A DNA stretch of 64,000 nucleotides from an uncultured Candidatus Saccharibacteria bacterium (GTDB lineage: Bacteria > Patescibacteriota > Minisyncoccia > Phycocordibacterales > UBA2100), in NCBI GenBank assembly GCA_964586255.1, contig CAZPGE010000003.1:2537-66536 (forward strand), written 5' to 3'. The translations under genes and the position numbers were made by a program. Position 1 is the stretch's first letter. Each line of letters opens with the position of its first letter. Positions 26,954 through 36,844 of this stretch are shown here, in pieces. Below the pieces are notes generated by a model, which ran no database searches, had not been told where the DNA came from, and was given only the letters and a program-made list of their open reading frames with translations.

Positions 26954-27958
26954 ATGGCAAAAATCGCAATCAACGGCTTCGGCCGCATCGGGAGAGGGTT
27001 TATGCGTGCAGCGCACGGGCAGGCAGATATTGAAGTTGTTGCAGTCAACGACCTCACTTCCCCAGCTAATCTCGCGTACCTCTTAACATACGATTCGGTC
27101 TATGGGAGAGCGCCGTTTAGCGTTTCGTCTACTGAAAAGACACTCACCGTCGACGGGAAAACGATTCCCGTACTCTCTGAGAGGGATCCGGGAGTGCTCC
27201 CGTGGCGCGATATGGGTATTGACATCGTTCTTGAGTCGACAGGATTTTTTACCGATGCAGAAAAAGCGCGTGCGCATATCACGGCAGGCGCTAAAAAAGT
27301 CGTCATAACCGCACCCGCAAAAGGGGCGGGAGCGGAAACGATTCTGATTGGCGCCAACGAGAGTAAGTTTGGCACGTGCGACATCACATCGAACGCATCC
27401 TGCACGACGAATGCCGCGAACCCCCTCATCGGTGTGCTGGACGAAGCTATCGGTATCGAGAGAGCGCTTCTCAATACGACGCACGCATACACGGCGACAC
27501 AGGCAATCGTCGATGCGCCGGCATCCGACGACTTCCGCCGTGGCCGAGCGGGTGCGCTCAATCTCTCGCCAAGCTCAACCGGAGCCGCAAAAGCGACATC
27601 TCTCGCATATCCGCAGCTTGCGGGCAAATTCGACGGTATTGCAGTACGCGTCCCCGTACCGTCAGGCTCCATCGTTGATATCACGTTCGTCCCCAAGCGC
27701 CCCACGACGGTAGAGGAAGTGAACAGCGCGCTCCGTGCGGCCGCAACAAGTGACCGGTGGAAGAGGGTGTTTGCCGTCACCGAAGAGCCGCTCGTTTCTT
27801 CAGATATTCTAGGACTTCCATATGGTGCGATTGCCGATTTGCAAATGACTCGTGTCGTTGATGGGACACTTGTAAAAGTACTCGCATGGTATGACAATGA
27901 AATGGGGTACGTACACACGCTCCTCGAACACGTAAAAGAGGTCGCAAAGAGAATGTAG
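26954..27958 (+). CDS. gap: Glyceraldehyde-3-phosphate dehydrogenase (type I)
   Basis: MAKIAINGFGRIGR Rossmann N-terminus. SNASCTTNA catalytic-Cys region. WYDNEMGY near the C-terminus. Confidence 0.9.
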   Translation: MAKIAINGFGRIGRGFMRAAHGQADIEVVAVNDLTSPANLAYLLTYDSVYGRAPFSVSSTEKTLTVDGKTIPVLSERDPGVLPWRDMGIDIVLESTGFFTDAEKARAHITAGAKKVVITAPAKGAGAETILIGANESKFGTCDITSNASCTTNAANPLIGVLDEAIGIERALLNTTHAYTATQAIVDAPASDDFRRGRAGALNLSPSSTGAAKATSLAYPQLAGKFDGIAVRVPVPSGSIVDITFVPKRPTTVEEVNSALRAAATSDRWKRVFAVTEEPLVSSDILGLPYGAIADLQMTRVVDGTLVKVLAWYDNEMGYVHTLLEHVKEVAKRM

Positions 27959-27959
27959 T

Positions 27960-28454
27960 ATGCGCGTGTATTTTGCATCTGACCACGCAGGATTCGAACT
28001 CAAAAATAAACTCGTAGAGTATGTCAGAGATTTCCTTGGAGTCGACGTGGAAGATTGCGGCGCGCTCGAGCTCGACGCCACCGACGATTACCCCCACATC
28101 ATCGCGTCGGCAGCGAAACGCCTTTCGACGGACGTATCGCAGGGAATAGAGAGCAGAGCGATTTTGCTCGGTGGCTCTGGCCAGGGAGAAGCGATGGTCG
28201 CCAATCGATTCAAAGGCGTCCGTGCTGCGCTCTACTATGGTGAGGCGAAGGCTCCACAGACAGATGCCACGGGAAAGCGATTGGACATAATCGCCTCCGT
28301 GCGAGAACACAATGATGCCAATGCGCTGTCGCTAGGAGCTCGGTTTGTCTCCCTAGAAGAGGCGCAGGACGCAGTCAAAAAGTGGCTCGAGACACCGTTT
28401 TCTGGAGATGAGCGCCATGCTCGGAGGGTTGCTGATATCGACACATTGTCCTAG
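27960..28454 (+). CDS. rpiB: Ribose-5-phosphate isomerase B
   Basis: MRVYFASDHAGFELK...ILLGGSGQGEAMVANRF is typical of the RpiB/LacAB family. Starts 1 nt after the gap stop. Confidence 0.85.
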   Translation: MRVYFASDHAGFELKNKLVEYVRDFLGVDVEDCGALELDATDDYPHIIASAAKRLSTDVSQGIESRAILLGGSGQGEAMVANRFKGVRAALYYGEAKAPQTDATGKRLDIIASVREHNDANALSLGARFVSLEEAQDAVKKWLETPFSGDERHARRVADIDTLS

Positions 28455-28509
28455 AAACACTATCCACAAAGGCTTTTCCTTAGCCGTCCTCTCACGTATA
28501 CTTCTCTCT

Positions 28510-28737
28510 ATGAGCGACTTACGATTCGACACAGGAGATACTGAATTTGCGAGTTCGCGCGAGACTTCGGCGGGCCTTGACCTTGCAGGCAAGCTCGTAG
28601 CGTGGGGGCTCGTATCAGACAGACAGCAGGCCACCTATGTGCTTATAGGCGCCGGTGTGCTCGCACTCATTATCGCGTTTTTCTTATTTAGGTCGAGCGG
28701 CAGCGATCTGCCGCCGCCGCCGCCCGTAGGTGTATAG
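28510..28737 (+). CDS. Small tail-anchored hypothetical protein
   Basis: Internal ATG of ORF 28408..28737. C-terminal TM helix (YVLIGAGVLALIIAFFLF) and a PPPPP tail. Confidence 0.3.
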   Translation: MSDLRFDTGDTEFASSRETSAGLDLAGKLVAWGLVSDRQQATYVLIGAGVLALIIAFFLFRSSGSDLPPPPPVGV

Positions 28738-28742
28738 ATTGC

Positions 28743-29180
28743 ATGAAGACCAATTCAACTAAGCGAGGCTTCACACTCATCGAACTACTCGTGGTGATAG
28801 CGATTATTGGCATGCTTTCCTCAGTCGTCCTTTCATCTTTGAACAGCGCGAGGAAAAAGGCGCGTGACGCTCGACGTCTTGCCGATTTCAAACAGCTCCA
28901 GACTGCGCTCGAGCTGTACTATTCCGACAACACGGCATATCCAGCGTCGGTTACCCAAGCGAATATTTCGACGGCGCTCTCAGGTCTTGCGCCGGCGTAC
29001 ATGGCAGCGATACCGGAAGACCCGCTCGGCGGCAGCTATCATTATGTGTACAAGACAACGTCAGGTGGCACATTCTATTGTCTCGGGACTGCATATGAAG
29101 GCACAGCTCCTGCCTCGACGTGCAACACTACGAGCCTTGGGAGCTCTCTCACTGGGGTAGGGTATTCTGTCGGTCCGTAA
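28743..29180 (+). CDS. Type IV pilin / pseudopilin with a prepilin N-terminal cleavage-methylation domain
   Basis: MKTNSTKRGFTLIELLVVIAIIGMLSSVV is the class III signal: G|FTLIE plus a hydrophobic helix. Confidence 0.85.
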   Translation: MKTNSTKRGFTLIELLVVIAIIGMLSSVVLSSLNSARKKARDARRLADFKQLQTALELYYSDNTAYPASVTQANISTALSGLAPAYMAAIPEDPLGGSYHYVYKTTSGGTFYCLGTAYEGTAPASTCNTTSLGSSLTGVGYSVGP

Positions 29181-29203
29181 TTCTGCACACGCTTCCATCG
29201 AAG

Positions 29204-29941
29204 ATGAAGTATCTCTGCAACCCCCGCATACTGCCGACGAACACGTGTCCGCCGGATTTGTCAGAGCTCTCTCGGCGCGCCGAAGAGTTTTCGCGATTCG
29301 CAACTGAAATCCAATTGGATATTGCCGATGGCGTGTTTGCCCCCGTCGTATCGTGGCCATATCAATCGGGCCAATGGGAGGAACTAGAACGGCTCGCGCA
29401 AGGTGAAAAGTTACCTTTCTCAGACGCGGTTGCGTATGAAGCGCACCTCATGGTGCAAGAGCCGCTCGACGTTGGAGTTTTGCTTGCTAAAGCGGGGTGC
29501 CAGCGTCTCATCTTTCATATCGAAACGGTCGCTGTGGCGGAAAGGAGAGCAATGATTGATGCATGGAAGGATGCCGGCGCGAAAGAGGTTGGCGTGTCGC
29601 TCCTCGTGGAAACACCGCTCGAGGCTATCGATGATGTCATCGGTGCTGTTGATGTCGTACAGCTCATGTCGATACCCAAAATCGGCGCTCAAGGACAGCC
29701 GTTTGATGAGCGCACACTTTCACGGGTAGAAGAGCTTCACGCAAAGTATCCGAACATGATGGTCGCTGTCGATGGAGGCATTTCAGAGTCCAATATTGAG
29801 CTCCTCGTTCGTGCGGGGGCGAATCGATTGTGCGTCGGCTCCGCGATATCAAATGCGATGAATAAAGAAGTCGCGTTCGTCACACTTCTCGAGCGGGCGA
29901 TGCGTGGATGTGCACCACAGAGCGCGTCCCCGGTACTCTAA
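29204..29941 (+). CDS. rpe: Ribulose-phosphate 3-epimerase
   Basis: Starts at Met 29 of ORF 29120..29941. Contains LDIADGVFAP, HLMVQEP, VDVVQLMSIPKIGAQGQPF and VAVDGGISESNIELLVRAGANRLCVGSAI, which match the Rpe barrel consensus. Confidence 0.8.
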   Translation: MKYLCNPRILPTNTCPPDLSELSRRAEEFSRFATEIQLDIADGVFAPVVSWPYQSGQWEELERLAQGEKLPFSDAVAYEAHLMVQEPLDVGVLLAKAGCQRLIFHIETVAVAERRAMIDAWKDAGAKEVGVSLLVETPLEAIDDVIGAVDVVQLMSIPKIGAQGQPFDERTLSRVEELHAKYPNMMVAVDGGISESNIELLVRAGANRLCVGSAISNAMNKEVAFVTLLERAMRGCAPQSASPVL

Positions 29942-29959
29942 GAAAAAGAGCTCACAGTA

Positions 29960-30868
29960 GTGTGGAAGAAGAAGCCTGTAGGCGACTCGACGCGGTATAC
30001 TACTCTCATGGAAGCTCTTGGCGACGCAGAAGTTAAGCGGCTTGAAACTAAAGCCAGTGCGATCAGGCAGACGATCATAGAAATGTTAGTGGCTGCGGGG
30101 AGCGGCCACACCGCCGGACCACTCGGGATGGCGGATATTTTCACGGCGCTCTATTTTCATGTTCTCAAGCATGACCCGCAAAATCCTGCATGGGAAGAGC
30201 GTGACCGACTCATGCTCTCCAATGGTCACATTGCTCCCGTGCGCTATGCAGCGATGGCTCACGCCAGGTACTTTGCGGTAGAAGAGTGCCTGACGCTGAG
30301 GAAATTTGGCTCGCGACTCCAGGGGCATCCGGAACGCGATAAGCTCCCCGGCGTTGAGACGACCTCAGGGCCGCTCGGGAGCGGTCTCTCACAAGCATCG
30401 GGGTACGCGTATGCGGCTCGTATGGACGGGAAGACATTTCGTGTCTTTTGCGCTATGTCGGATGGCGAGCAACAGGAGGGGAATACGTGGGAGGGCGCGA
30501 TGTTTGCGGGTAAGTATCGTCTCTCAAATCTCACTGCAATCATGGATCGCAACAATATACAGATAGACGGTATGACAGAAGACATCATGCCGCTTGAGCC
30601 TCTGAGAGATAAATACGAAGCTTTCGGCTGGCACGTCCTTGAGGTGGATGGGCACAATATCCCGCAATTCATCCAGGCGTGCGATGAAGCCAGCGCCATC
30701 GCAGAGAGGCCTACGCTCATTCTCGCGCACACAATTCCGGGGAAGGGCATACGCGCAATCGAGCGTGATTATCGCTGGCACGGCAAACCGCCGAGCAAAG
30801 AAGAGGCCGCGCTTTTCTTGAACGAGCTCAGGACCATGGAGGGAAAAGTGGCGAGTGAGCACCAGTAA
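29960..30868 (+). CDS. Transketolase, N-terminal subunit (split form)
   Basis: AAGSGHTAGPLGMADIF (TPP-binding region), GHP, GPLGSGLSQASG and MSDGEQQEGNTWE. A possible alternative start at 30008 (MEALGD) is not excluded. Confidence 0.85.
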   Translation: MWKKKPVGDSTRYTTLMEALGDAEVKRLETKASAIRQTIIEMLVAAGSGHTAGPLGMADIFTALYFHVLKHDPQNPAWEERDRLMLSNGHIAPVRYAAMAHARYFAVEECLTLRKFGSRLQGHPERDKLPGVETTSGPLGSGLSQASGYAYAARMDGKTFRVFCAMSDGEQQEGNTWEGAMFAGKYRLSNLTAIMDRNNIQIDGMTEDIMPLEPLRDKYEAFGWHVLEVDGHNIPQFIQACDEASAIAERPTLILAHTIPGKGIRAIERDYRWHGKPPSKEEAALFLNELRTMEGKVASEHQ

Positions 30869-30870
30869 TT

Positions 30871-31857
30871 ATGCTGAATCAAGACATAAAACTCGCAGCC
30901 AACATATTCGACACTCCTGCGCAGGCGGCGACGCGTGATGGATTTGGCAAGGGACTCGTCGAGGCGGGAGATGCCGATGCGCGTATCGTCGCGCTCTCTG
31001 CCGACTTGACCGAAAGTACCCGTGTCGAGGAGTTCAAGAAAAAATATCCTGAGCGCTTCGTCGAGGTGGGAGTGGCCGAGCAAAACATGGCGACCGTCGC
31101 AGCGGGCATGGCTAATTACGGCAAGATACCGTTTATCACTTCGTACGCAGCATTTTCTCCGGGTCGCAACTGGGAGCAGATACGCACCACTATCGCGCTC
31201 AACGATGTACCGGTGATTGTCTGTGGCATGCACGCAGGGGTTTCTGTCGGGCCCGATGGTGCCACACATCAAATGCTGGAAGACCTGGCGCTCATGCGCG
31301 CGATGCCCAACATGATAGTGATTTCTGCCTGCGATAGTGAAGAGGGCAGAAAGGCGACACTCGCAGCGGCGAAGCTCGGTAAGCCTGTGTATATGCGATT
31401 TGGTAGGGAGAAGACTCCCGTCATGACGACAACGGATACGCCATTTGAAATCGGAAAGGCCAATGTGCTGTACGAAGGTGACACCTCCGCGTGCGCGATA
31501 TTCGCGACCGGAGCGCTCGTCTACAATGCGCTTCTCGCCGCGAAGCAGTTAGAGAGTGAAGGAGTGGCGGTGAGCGTGACCAATATTCATACAATAAAAC
31601 CTCTTGATAGGGAGACGGTCGTGCGCGAAGCGAAGCGCGCAGGCGCGGCGGTCACCGTAGAGGAACATCAAATCGCTGGCGGGCTTGGGAGCGCGATTGC
31701 AGAGGTGCTTTCACAAGAGGCGCCGGTACCCATGGAATATATTGGCGTGCATGATTCATACGGCCAGTCGGGGGAGCCCAAAGAACTTATCGAACACTAT
31801 GGCATGGGGGTCTCGCATATCATTGCTGCGGTAAGAAAAGTCACGGCACGGAAATAA
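30871..31857 (+). CDS. Transketolase, C-terminal subunit (split form)
   Basis: RDGFGKGLVEAG, EVGVAEQNMATVAAGMA and the C-terminal GVHDSYGQSGE motif. Starts 2 nt after the N-terminal subunit. Confidence 0.85.
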   Translation: MLNQDIKLAANIFDTPAQAATRDGFGKGLVEAGDADARIVALSADLTESTRVEEFKKKYPERFVEVGVAEQNMATVAAGMANYGKIPFITSYAAFSPGRNWEQIRTTIALNDVPVIVCGMHAGVSVGPDGATHQMLEDLALMRAMPNMIVISACDSEEGRKATLAAAKLGKPVYMRFGREKTPVMTTTDTPFEIGKANVLYEGDTSACAIFATGALVYNALLAAKQLESEGVAVSVTNIHTIKPLDRETVVREAKRAGAAVTVEEHQIAGGLGSAIAEVLSQEAPVPMEYIGVHDSYGQSGEPKELIEHYGMGVSHIIAAVRKVTARK

Positions 31858-31903
31858 AAAGAATCGAGCCTGCGCGGGGCGCAGGCTCGAGGTAGTGGAA
31901 GAA

Positions 31904-32479
31904 CTAAGCAGTCGGTAGGGGGTATTTGCACCCTCTTTTTTCCTGGAACGCCGTGTGGGAGCCGAAGCGACCCACCGGCAGGAGTTTCGAATCGAAGTAC
32001 TTTGCAGACTTCTTCGAGACCCCCTTTCCGTCGGTTCGTTTGTAGAACCGCGCACATTCCCAACCGCTCGGAAGACGATACGTAGTCCAGGCATTTCGCA
32101 GAAGATCGCGCGCGATATATTGCGCCTCCTCCCACTTGGCCTGCTCGCTACGACTCGTGGCAAGCTTGTGCTCAAGAACCCAGCTGAACTGGCGCTCCTG
32201 TGCGACTGCGCCGCAGATGGTCTTTGGCCACTGCGGATCAGGATCTGCCACGCGTGCGAGCGTGAGCATCCCCAGCTTGTGTTTCTCGTCGCGGGACTCA
32301 CCGCGAGCCTCGTGGTACAGATTCTCCGCGAGACACATGGCTGCCTTTTCGTTTTTCACGTACACCGAGAGGGAATACCCCCCATAGGTGATGGCGAGAA
32401 CGGCAAGGCAAGCAAACGAGAAGTAGGGGGCGAACCGAAAGAGCGTTGCTTCGATTCGCCACAGATTCTTGATACGCAT
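31904..32479 (-). CDS. Cell-wall hydrolase, SleB/CwlJ-like
   Basis: AAMCLAENLYHEARGE is the hallmark of SleB-family hydrolases. N-terminal TM/signal segment. Confidence 0.6.
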   Translation of the reverse strand: MRIKNLWRIEATLFRFAPYFSFACLAVLAITYGGYSLSVYVKNEKAAMCLAENLYHEARGESRDEKHKLGMLTLARVADPDPQWPKTICGAVAQERQFSWVLEHKLATSRSEQAKWEEAQYIARDLLRNAWTTYRLPSGWECARFYKRTDGKGVSKKSAKYFDSKLLPVGRFGSHTAFQEKRGCKYPLPTA

Positions 32480-32659
32480 ACTCAGACTCCACAAGGTTGA
32501 TGTTGGGGGTCCGAGTGTTCCTGTCCTCTGTGCGCCCGGGGAGATTGGGCACTATTGCAATTATAACATCATGCAGCTTGAAAGTCAACTATCTGTAATG
32601 GCTCTACAGAGCGGTCGTTTGTGTGCGGGGGCCGCACGGATTCAGAGTCTGTTGAAGTG

Positions 32660-34024
32660 TTAGAAAAGTCCCTCAGCGTGGAGCATCTCTTTGAATTGCT
32701 TGACGAGCGGCGCATGGGTCCTCGCGGTAGTCGTCGCAAGCAAACTCTTCTTTTCGGCTGGATCCGACGATAGGTCAAACATGAAACTCTTACTCGGCAC
32801 TCGCACCGCCCGCATATAGACGAGATTACTCCATCGCGCACCTTCCGAGCTTTTCTCTATGACGGGCAAGTTCGTGTCCCAGGCACCGACAGCAGCAAGA
32901 GAAGATGGTGGGACGATGTCAGGCGTGATTGTGTGAAGGGAAAAAGGATAGCCGTTCTCGTACCGCAAGAGTCGCTTGCCCAGGCTTCCTCCTGTCAGCA
33001 GTGGCGAGATGTCGTCTCCGACAAATGTCTCCGGGCTTGAAATACCCATGACCGAAAGGACGGTCGGCCCGAGGTCGAGGAGAGAAATGGGTTCAGTCAC
33101 ACGGAGCACGTCTGTGCCTGGTGCGCGGACCATAAACGGCACATGCATCTCTTCTTTGTGAAGTGAAAGGCCATGCCAGAAATGGCCGTGTTCCCAGAAT
33201 GCTTCGCCGTGATCGGACATGAGGATGACGACCGTATCGTCGAGCGCGGATTCCGGTATAGACTCTAGAAATTTTCCCAGCTTGTCGTCGAGACGGAGGA
33301 GTTGCTGATCGTACCGCAGAGTGTAGTCGTGCAGTGTCTCCATGGTCGGTGTGGCTGCTTGATTCGCGCGGAGTATGTCCTGCATCGTCACGGTTTTGTT
33401 GCGCTCGCTTGTCCCGAATGCGCTGTCATAGGGAGGCAGAGGGCTGTAGGGGTCATGCGCATCAAAAGTGTGCACCATAAGTAGGAACTGGTTGTCGGTA
33501 CGCTTTGACTGCTCCAAAAGTCTTCGCACCGCACCCTCGGCCTTTGAAAAAGTATCAGTGCCCCCATACTCGATTTCCTCCTCCATGAACGGACTGTTGA
33601 CTGCATCCGTGACGAATACGGTATTAGGGAGCAGGACTCCATATATCGTGCTCCCCGCGTCTCGGGCAGCGCTTACAAAGGACGGTTTTCCATTGCGTGC
33701 GAGATCCTTGAACGTGACTTGGGATGGGACATTCGAAAAGTATAGTGATGCGAACGACGGTAGTGTCCACGGAGCTCCCGAATACGCGTTCTCGAAAATT
33801 GTCCCACTCGAGAAAAATTGTTCTGTCCGCGGCATTGTGTCGCGATCGTAGCCGTATGTGCGCAGGTGTCCCGCTGCGAGGGTGTCCACGACGATAATAA
33901 TCACATTGCACCCTTCTGTGCATCGAATCGATTCTGGCCCGCGGTTGTCTGTAGTGTGGAAGAGTACACCCGCAAGCAAAGCAAGGATAATCAAAAAGAA
34001 GGCGACTTTACCGCGCAATTTCAC
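32660..34024 (-). CDS. Membrane-anchored sulfatase-family hydrolase/transferase (alkaline-phosphatase superfamily)
   Basis: NVIIIVVDTLAAGHLRTYGYDRDTMP...NAYSGAPWTLPSFASL is the sulfatase-fold N-terminal signature. It has DTL where classical arylsulfatases have C/S-x-P-x-R. Confidence 0.7.
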   Translation of the reverse strand: MKLRGKVAFFLIILALLAGVLFHTTDNRGPESIRCTEGCNVIIIVVDTLAAGHLRTYGYDRDTMPRTEQFFSSGTIFENAYSGAPWTLPSFASLYFSNVPSQVTFKDLARNGKPSFVSAARDAGSTIYGVLLPNTVFVTDAVNSPFMEEEIEYGGTDTFSKAEGAVRRLLEQSKRTDNQFLLMVHTFDAHDPYSPLPPYDSAFGTSERNKTVTMQDILRANQAATPTMETLHDYTLRYDQQLLRLDDKLGKFLESIPESALDDTVVILMSDHGEAFWEHGHFWHGLSLHKEEMHVPFMVRAPGTDVLRVTEPISLLDLGPTVLSVMGISSPETFVGDDISPLLTGGSLGKRLLRYENGYPFSLHTITPDIVPPSSLAAVGAWDTNLPVIEKSSEGARWSNLVYMRAVRVPSKSFMFDLSSDPAEKKSLLATTTARTHAPLVKQFKEMLHAEGLF

Positions 34025-34096
34025 TTCGGCATTTTATCACGGGAGCAATGTACAGAGAGGATTCCTGCTCGGTCCGGGTCGTGGCCCAGTCGCTGT

Positions 34097-35089
34097 CTAT
34101 AATGAAGTTGCTCTGAAATCTGCAGGGCGTTTTACGTACCATTCCTCAATCTTTTCTGCGCTCAGAAGGCCTCGTTGTGCACCAATTTCTTGTACGACGT
34201 ATGCAGAGTTTATGTGGCCGCGCAAAAGTGCTTCCTGGAGCGAGAGGCCTTTGATTAGATATGCCACTGTCGTAGATGCTGTCGCGTCGCCCGCGCCCGT
34301 GCGCTCCAGCGGGGGCTTCGGGTCTGGATACATCGGTGCGTGCCAAGCAGCTCCACTCTCGTCCATTGCATACGAGCCACCTCTGCCGTCGGTGATGACC
34401 GCGTTTTTCGAGCCCAGACCGCGCATACCCTCGAGGAGAAGCTTGAAGTCGGTATCCTGCGTCTTGAGTATCATCTGTGCTTCCTGTTTATTGCAGAAAA
34501 CTATCTCCGCATTTTCATACAGAGGCTTGAGCGCATCAGCGCCCTGTTTGATCTGAAATGTGCCCGGCTGAAATGCGAGTTTTACAGAGGGGTTCTTTGC
34601 GACGTATTCGCCTATCGCCATCTGGTACGGAATCGTACCCTCGCCGAGAGAAGAAAGGTAAATCCACTTCGGTGGCTCTGGAAGTACCGGCATCTCGTAC
34701 GCGTACGCCTCATGCTTAATAAGTATGGTGCGCTCGCTCTCGTACCAGAGCACAAAGTGGTAGTTGGTCTTTTTGCCCTTTTCCGTCACGATAAGCGACG
34801 TATCGACCCCTTCTTTCTTAAATGTTTCGATGCACAGACGGCCATTGTCATCATCGCCGACATGGACGCGGAGTGACGCGTTCAGTCCGAGCCGCGCGCA
34901 CGCTACTGCAGCGTTGGCGGAATTGCCGACAGCCGGGATTTTTTCAGAAAACTCAAACGGCACCTTGTCGCCGAAGCGAACGCTGAGCATGCAGTGCTCG
35001 TCGTTGATGTCGCAATTGACGCGGGCGTCCTTGAGGCGAATAAATTCGTCGATGACGGTGTCACCAATAGCAAGAAAATCAATACTCAT
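34097..35089 (-). CDS. PfkB-family (ribokinase-like) sugar or sugar-phosphate kinase
   Basis: GDDDNG near the N-terminus and the C-terminal TGAGDATAS (GAGD anion-hole motif). An alternative upstream start at 35137 is possible. Confidence 0.75.
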   Translation of the reverse strand: MSIDFLAIGDTVIDEFIRLKDARVNCDINDEHCMLSVRFGDKVPFEFSEKIPAVGNSANAAVACARLGLNASLRVHVGDDDNGRLCIETFKKEGVDTSLIVTEKGKKTNYHFVLWYESERTILIKHEAYAYEMPVLPEPPKWIYLSSLGEGTIPYQMAIGEYVAKNPSVKLAFQPGTFQIKQGADALKPLYENAEIVFCNKQEAQMILKTQDTDFKLLLEGMRGLGSKNAVITDGRGGSYAMDESGAAWHAPMYPDPKPPLERTGAGDATASTTVAYLIKGLSLQEALLRGHINSAYVVQEIGAQRGLLSAEKIEEWYVKRPADFRATSL

Positions 35090-35131
35090 GCCAGCAATTT
35101 TATCATGCGAGACAGGTGGTATTATGTTGGC

Positions 35132-35986
35132 ATGCAAACGTTACGCGAAGCGATTGAAGAGGCGCGCGATGCTCATATTGGCATCGGGCATTTCAATGTT
35201 TCGGATTCCAACCAGCTGAATGCGGTAGTGGACGCATCTAAAAACACTTCGCTTCCGGTCATTATTGGGGCCTCCGAGGGTGAAAGAAAGTTCTTCGGCG
35301 TGCGAGCGCTCGCTGCCGTTGTCTCGTCTATACAAGCCCAGGCGGGTCGCATATATCTCAACGCCGATCACACGTACTCAATCGAGCTCGTAAAGGAGGC
35401 CATTGATGCGGGTTTTGATGCCGTTATTTTCGACGGGAGCCACCTTCCACTTGAAGAGAATATTGCGCAGACGCGCGCCGCGGTTTCGTATGCGCGCGCG
35501 AGTGGTCGCGACGTGCTGATAGAAGGTGAGATTGGGCGGATTGGTACGTCGAGCAAGTTGCTCGACAAGGCACCCGAAGATATCGATACCGAGCTCACGA
35601 CACCCGATGACGCGGCACGATTTGTCCGCGAGACCGGGGTCGACTTGCTTGCGCCCGCGGTCGGTACGATGCACGGGAGACTCAAGAGCGGTCCCATGCC
35701 GCGCATCAATGCACAGCGCATAGAAGAGATTCGAGAGGCAGCCGGCGTGCCGCTCGTTCTCCACGGCGGTTCGGGCTCGACTGACGAGGATTTCGTGGCG
35801 GCAGTGAAGGCGGGTATCTCAATCGTCCATATCAATACTGATATTCGTATAGCGTACAGAAAGGGTATAGAAGCGGGCCTTTCAAAGGATGCCGACGAAA
35901 TCGCTCCCTACCGATTCTTGCAGCCTGGTGTCGATGGGGTGCGGGCAGAGACGGAGCGATACCTCAAGCTTTTTGCTCTCAAGTAG
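35132..35986 (+). CDS. fba: Class II fructose/tagatose-bisphosphate aldolase
   Basis: HFNVSD, LNADHT and LVLHGGSGS are class II FBA metal-site motifs. Starts at Met 47 of ORF 34994..35986. Confidence 0.8.
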   Translation: MQTLREAIEEARDAHIGIGHFNVSDSNQLNAVVDASKNTSLPVIIGASEGERKFFGVRALAAVVSSIQAQAGRIYLNADHTYSIELVKEAIDAGFDAVIFDGSHLPLEENIAQTRAAVSYARASGRDVLIEGEIGRIGTSSKLLDKAPEDIDTELTTPDDAARFVRETGVDLLAPAVGTMHGRLKSGPMPRINAQRIEEIREAAGVPLVLHGGSGSTDEDFVAAVKAGISIVHINTDIRIAYRKGIEAGLSKDADEIAPYRFLQPGVDGVRAETERYLKLFALK

Positions 35987-36095
35987 GGAAAGGGTTTGCA
36001 AAAAAGCCCTACATACATATACCCCGTGAGATAGGAATTCTCGCGCGGGACAGATGGCCTTGATTTTTTTATCTCACGGGGTAGACTGCTGAGCC

Positions 36096-36737
36096 ATGAT
36101 AGTGAAGTTGGAAGTCAGTCCTCGCGATTCGAAAGAATCGACAGAAACGCTCCGCCAGCGCGGCGCGGTCCCGGCTGTTTTCTATGGCCCGAAGGAAGAA
36201 TCGACCGCCATCTCGATAGATGCACGAAAGCTCGCATCGGTATGGAAAGATGCCGGCGAGACCACCATCATCACGCTCTCTGGAGCCGGTGAAGACAAGG
36301 ATACACTCATCCGCGATGTGCAATTCCATCCCGTCACAAGCGCGCTTCTCCATGCAGACTTTTACGTTCTCGAAAAAGGTAAGAAAATCACCATCAACAT
36401 CCCGCTCGAATTCGAGGGCCAGGCTCCTGCTGAAAAAGCCGGACACGTCATCTCGAAGGCGCTCCATGAAATCGAAATCGAGGTTGCTCCCGCAGAGCTT
36501 CCGCAGCATCTCGCTGTCGACCTTGCCCTGCTTGCAAATGTCGGCGATCACATCACCGCATCCCAGATCAAGCTCCCTCCGAGTGCGACACTTCTCACGG
36601 GCCCCGAAGAGATTGTTGCGTCGGTCACCGAGCACATGGAAGAGAAAGAACCGGCCCCTGCTGCTGAAGGTGCGGCTCCTGCTGAGGGTGCGGCTCCAGA
36701 GGGTGAGGCGGCTTCTGAAGGTGAGGCAAAGGAGTAA
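36096..36737 (+). CDS. rplY: 50S ribosomal protein L25 / general stress protein Ctc, with a low-complexity Ala/Glu/Pro C-terminal tail
   Basis: L25 fold (SRDSKESTETLRQRGAVPAVFYGPKEE...HADFY) plus the C-terminal beta-barrel domain. Tail EPAPAAEGAAPAEGAAPEGEAASEGE. Confidence 0.85.
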   Translation: MIVKLEVSPRDSKESTETLRQRGAVPAVFYGPKEESTAISIDARKLASVWKDAGETTIITLSGAGEDKDTLIRDVQFHPVTSALLHADFYVLEKGKKITINIPLEFEGQAPAEKAGHVISKALHEIEIEVAPAELPQHLAVDLALLANVGDHITASQIKLPPSATLLTGPEEIVASVTEHMEEKEPAPAAEGAAPAEGAAPEGEAASEGEAKE

Positions 36738-36741
36738 CGTT

Positions 36742-36844
36742 CAGTCCCCTTGTGTTTTGGAGTACGAAATTCCTCTGCTGAGGAATTTCTCGGCTTTCGC
36801 ACCGTCGTGCTCAAGAGCCTCCAAAACACAAGGGGACGTTCACT
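36742..36844 (+). promoter_or_regulatory. Nested multi-hairpin RNA structure (~100 nt) directly after the L25 stop, with no U-tract
   Basis: A perfect 18-bp stem (tccccttgtgttttggag / ctccaaaacacaagggga) encloses an inner 10-bp hairpin (gaaattcctc / gaggaatttc). Confidence 0.4.
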
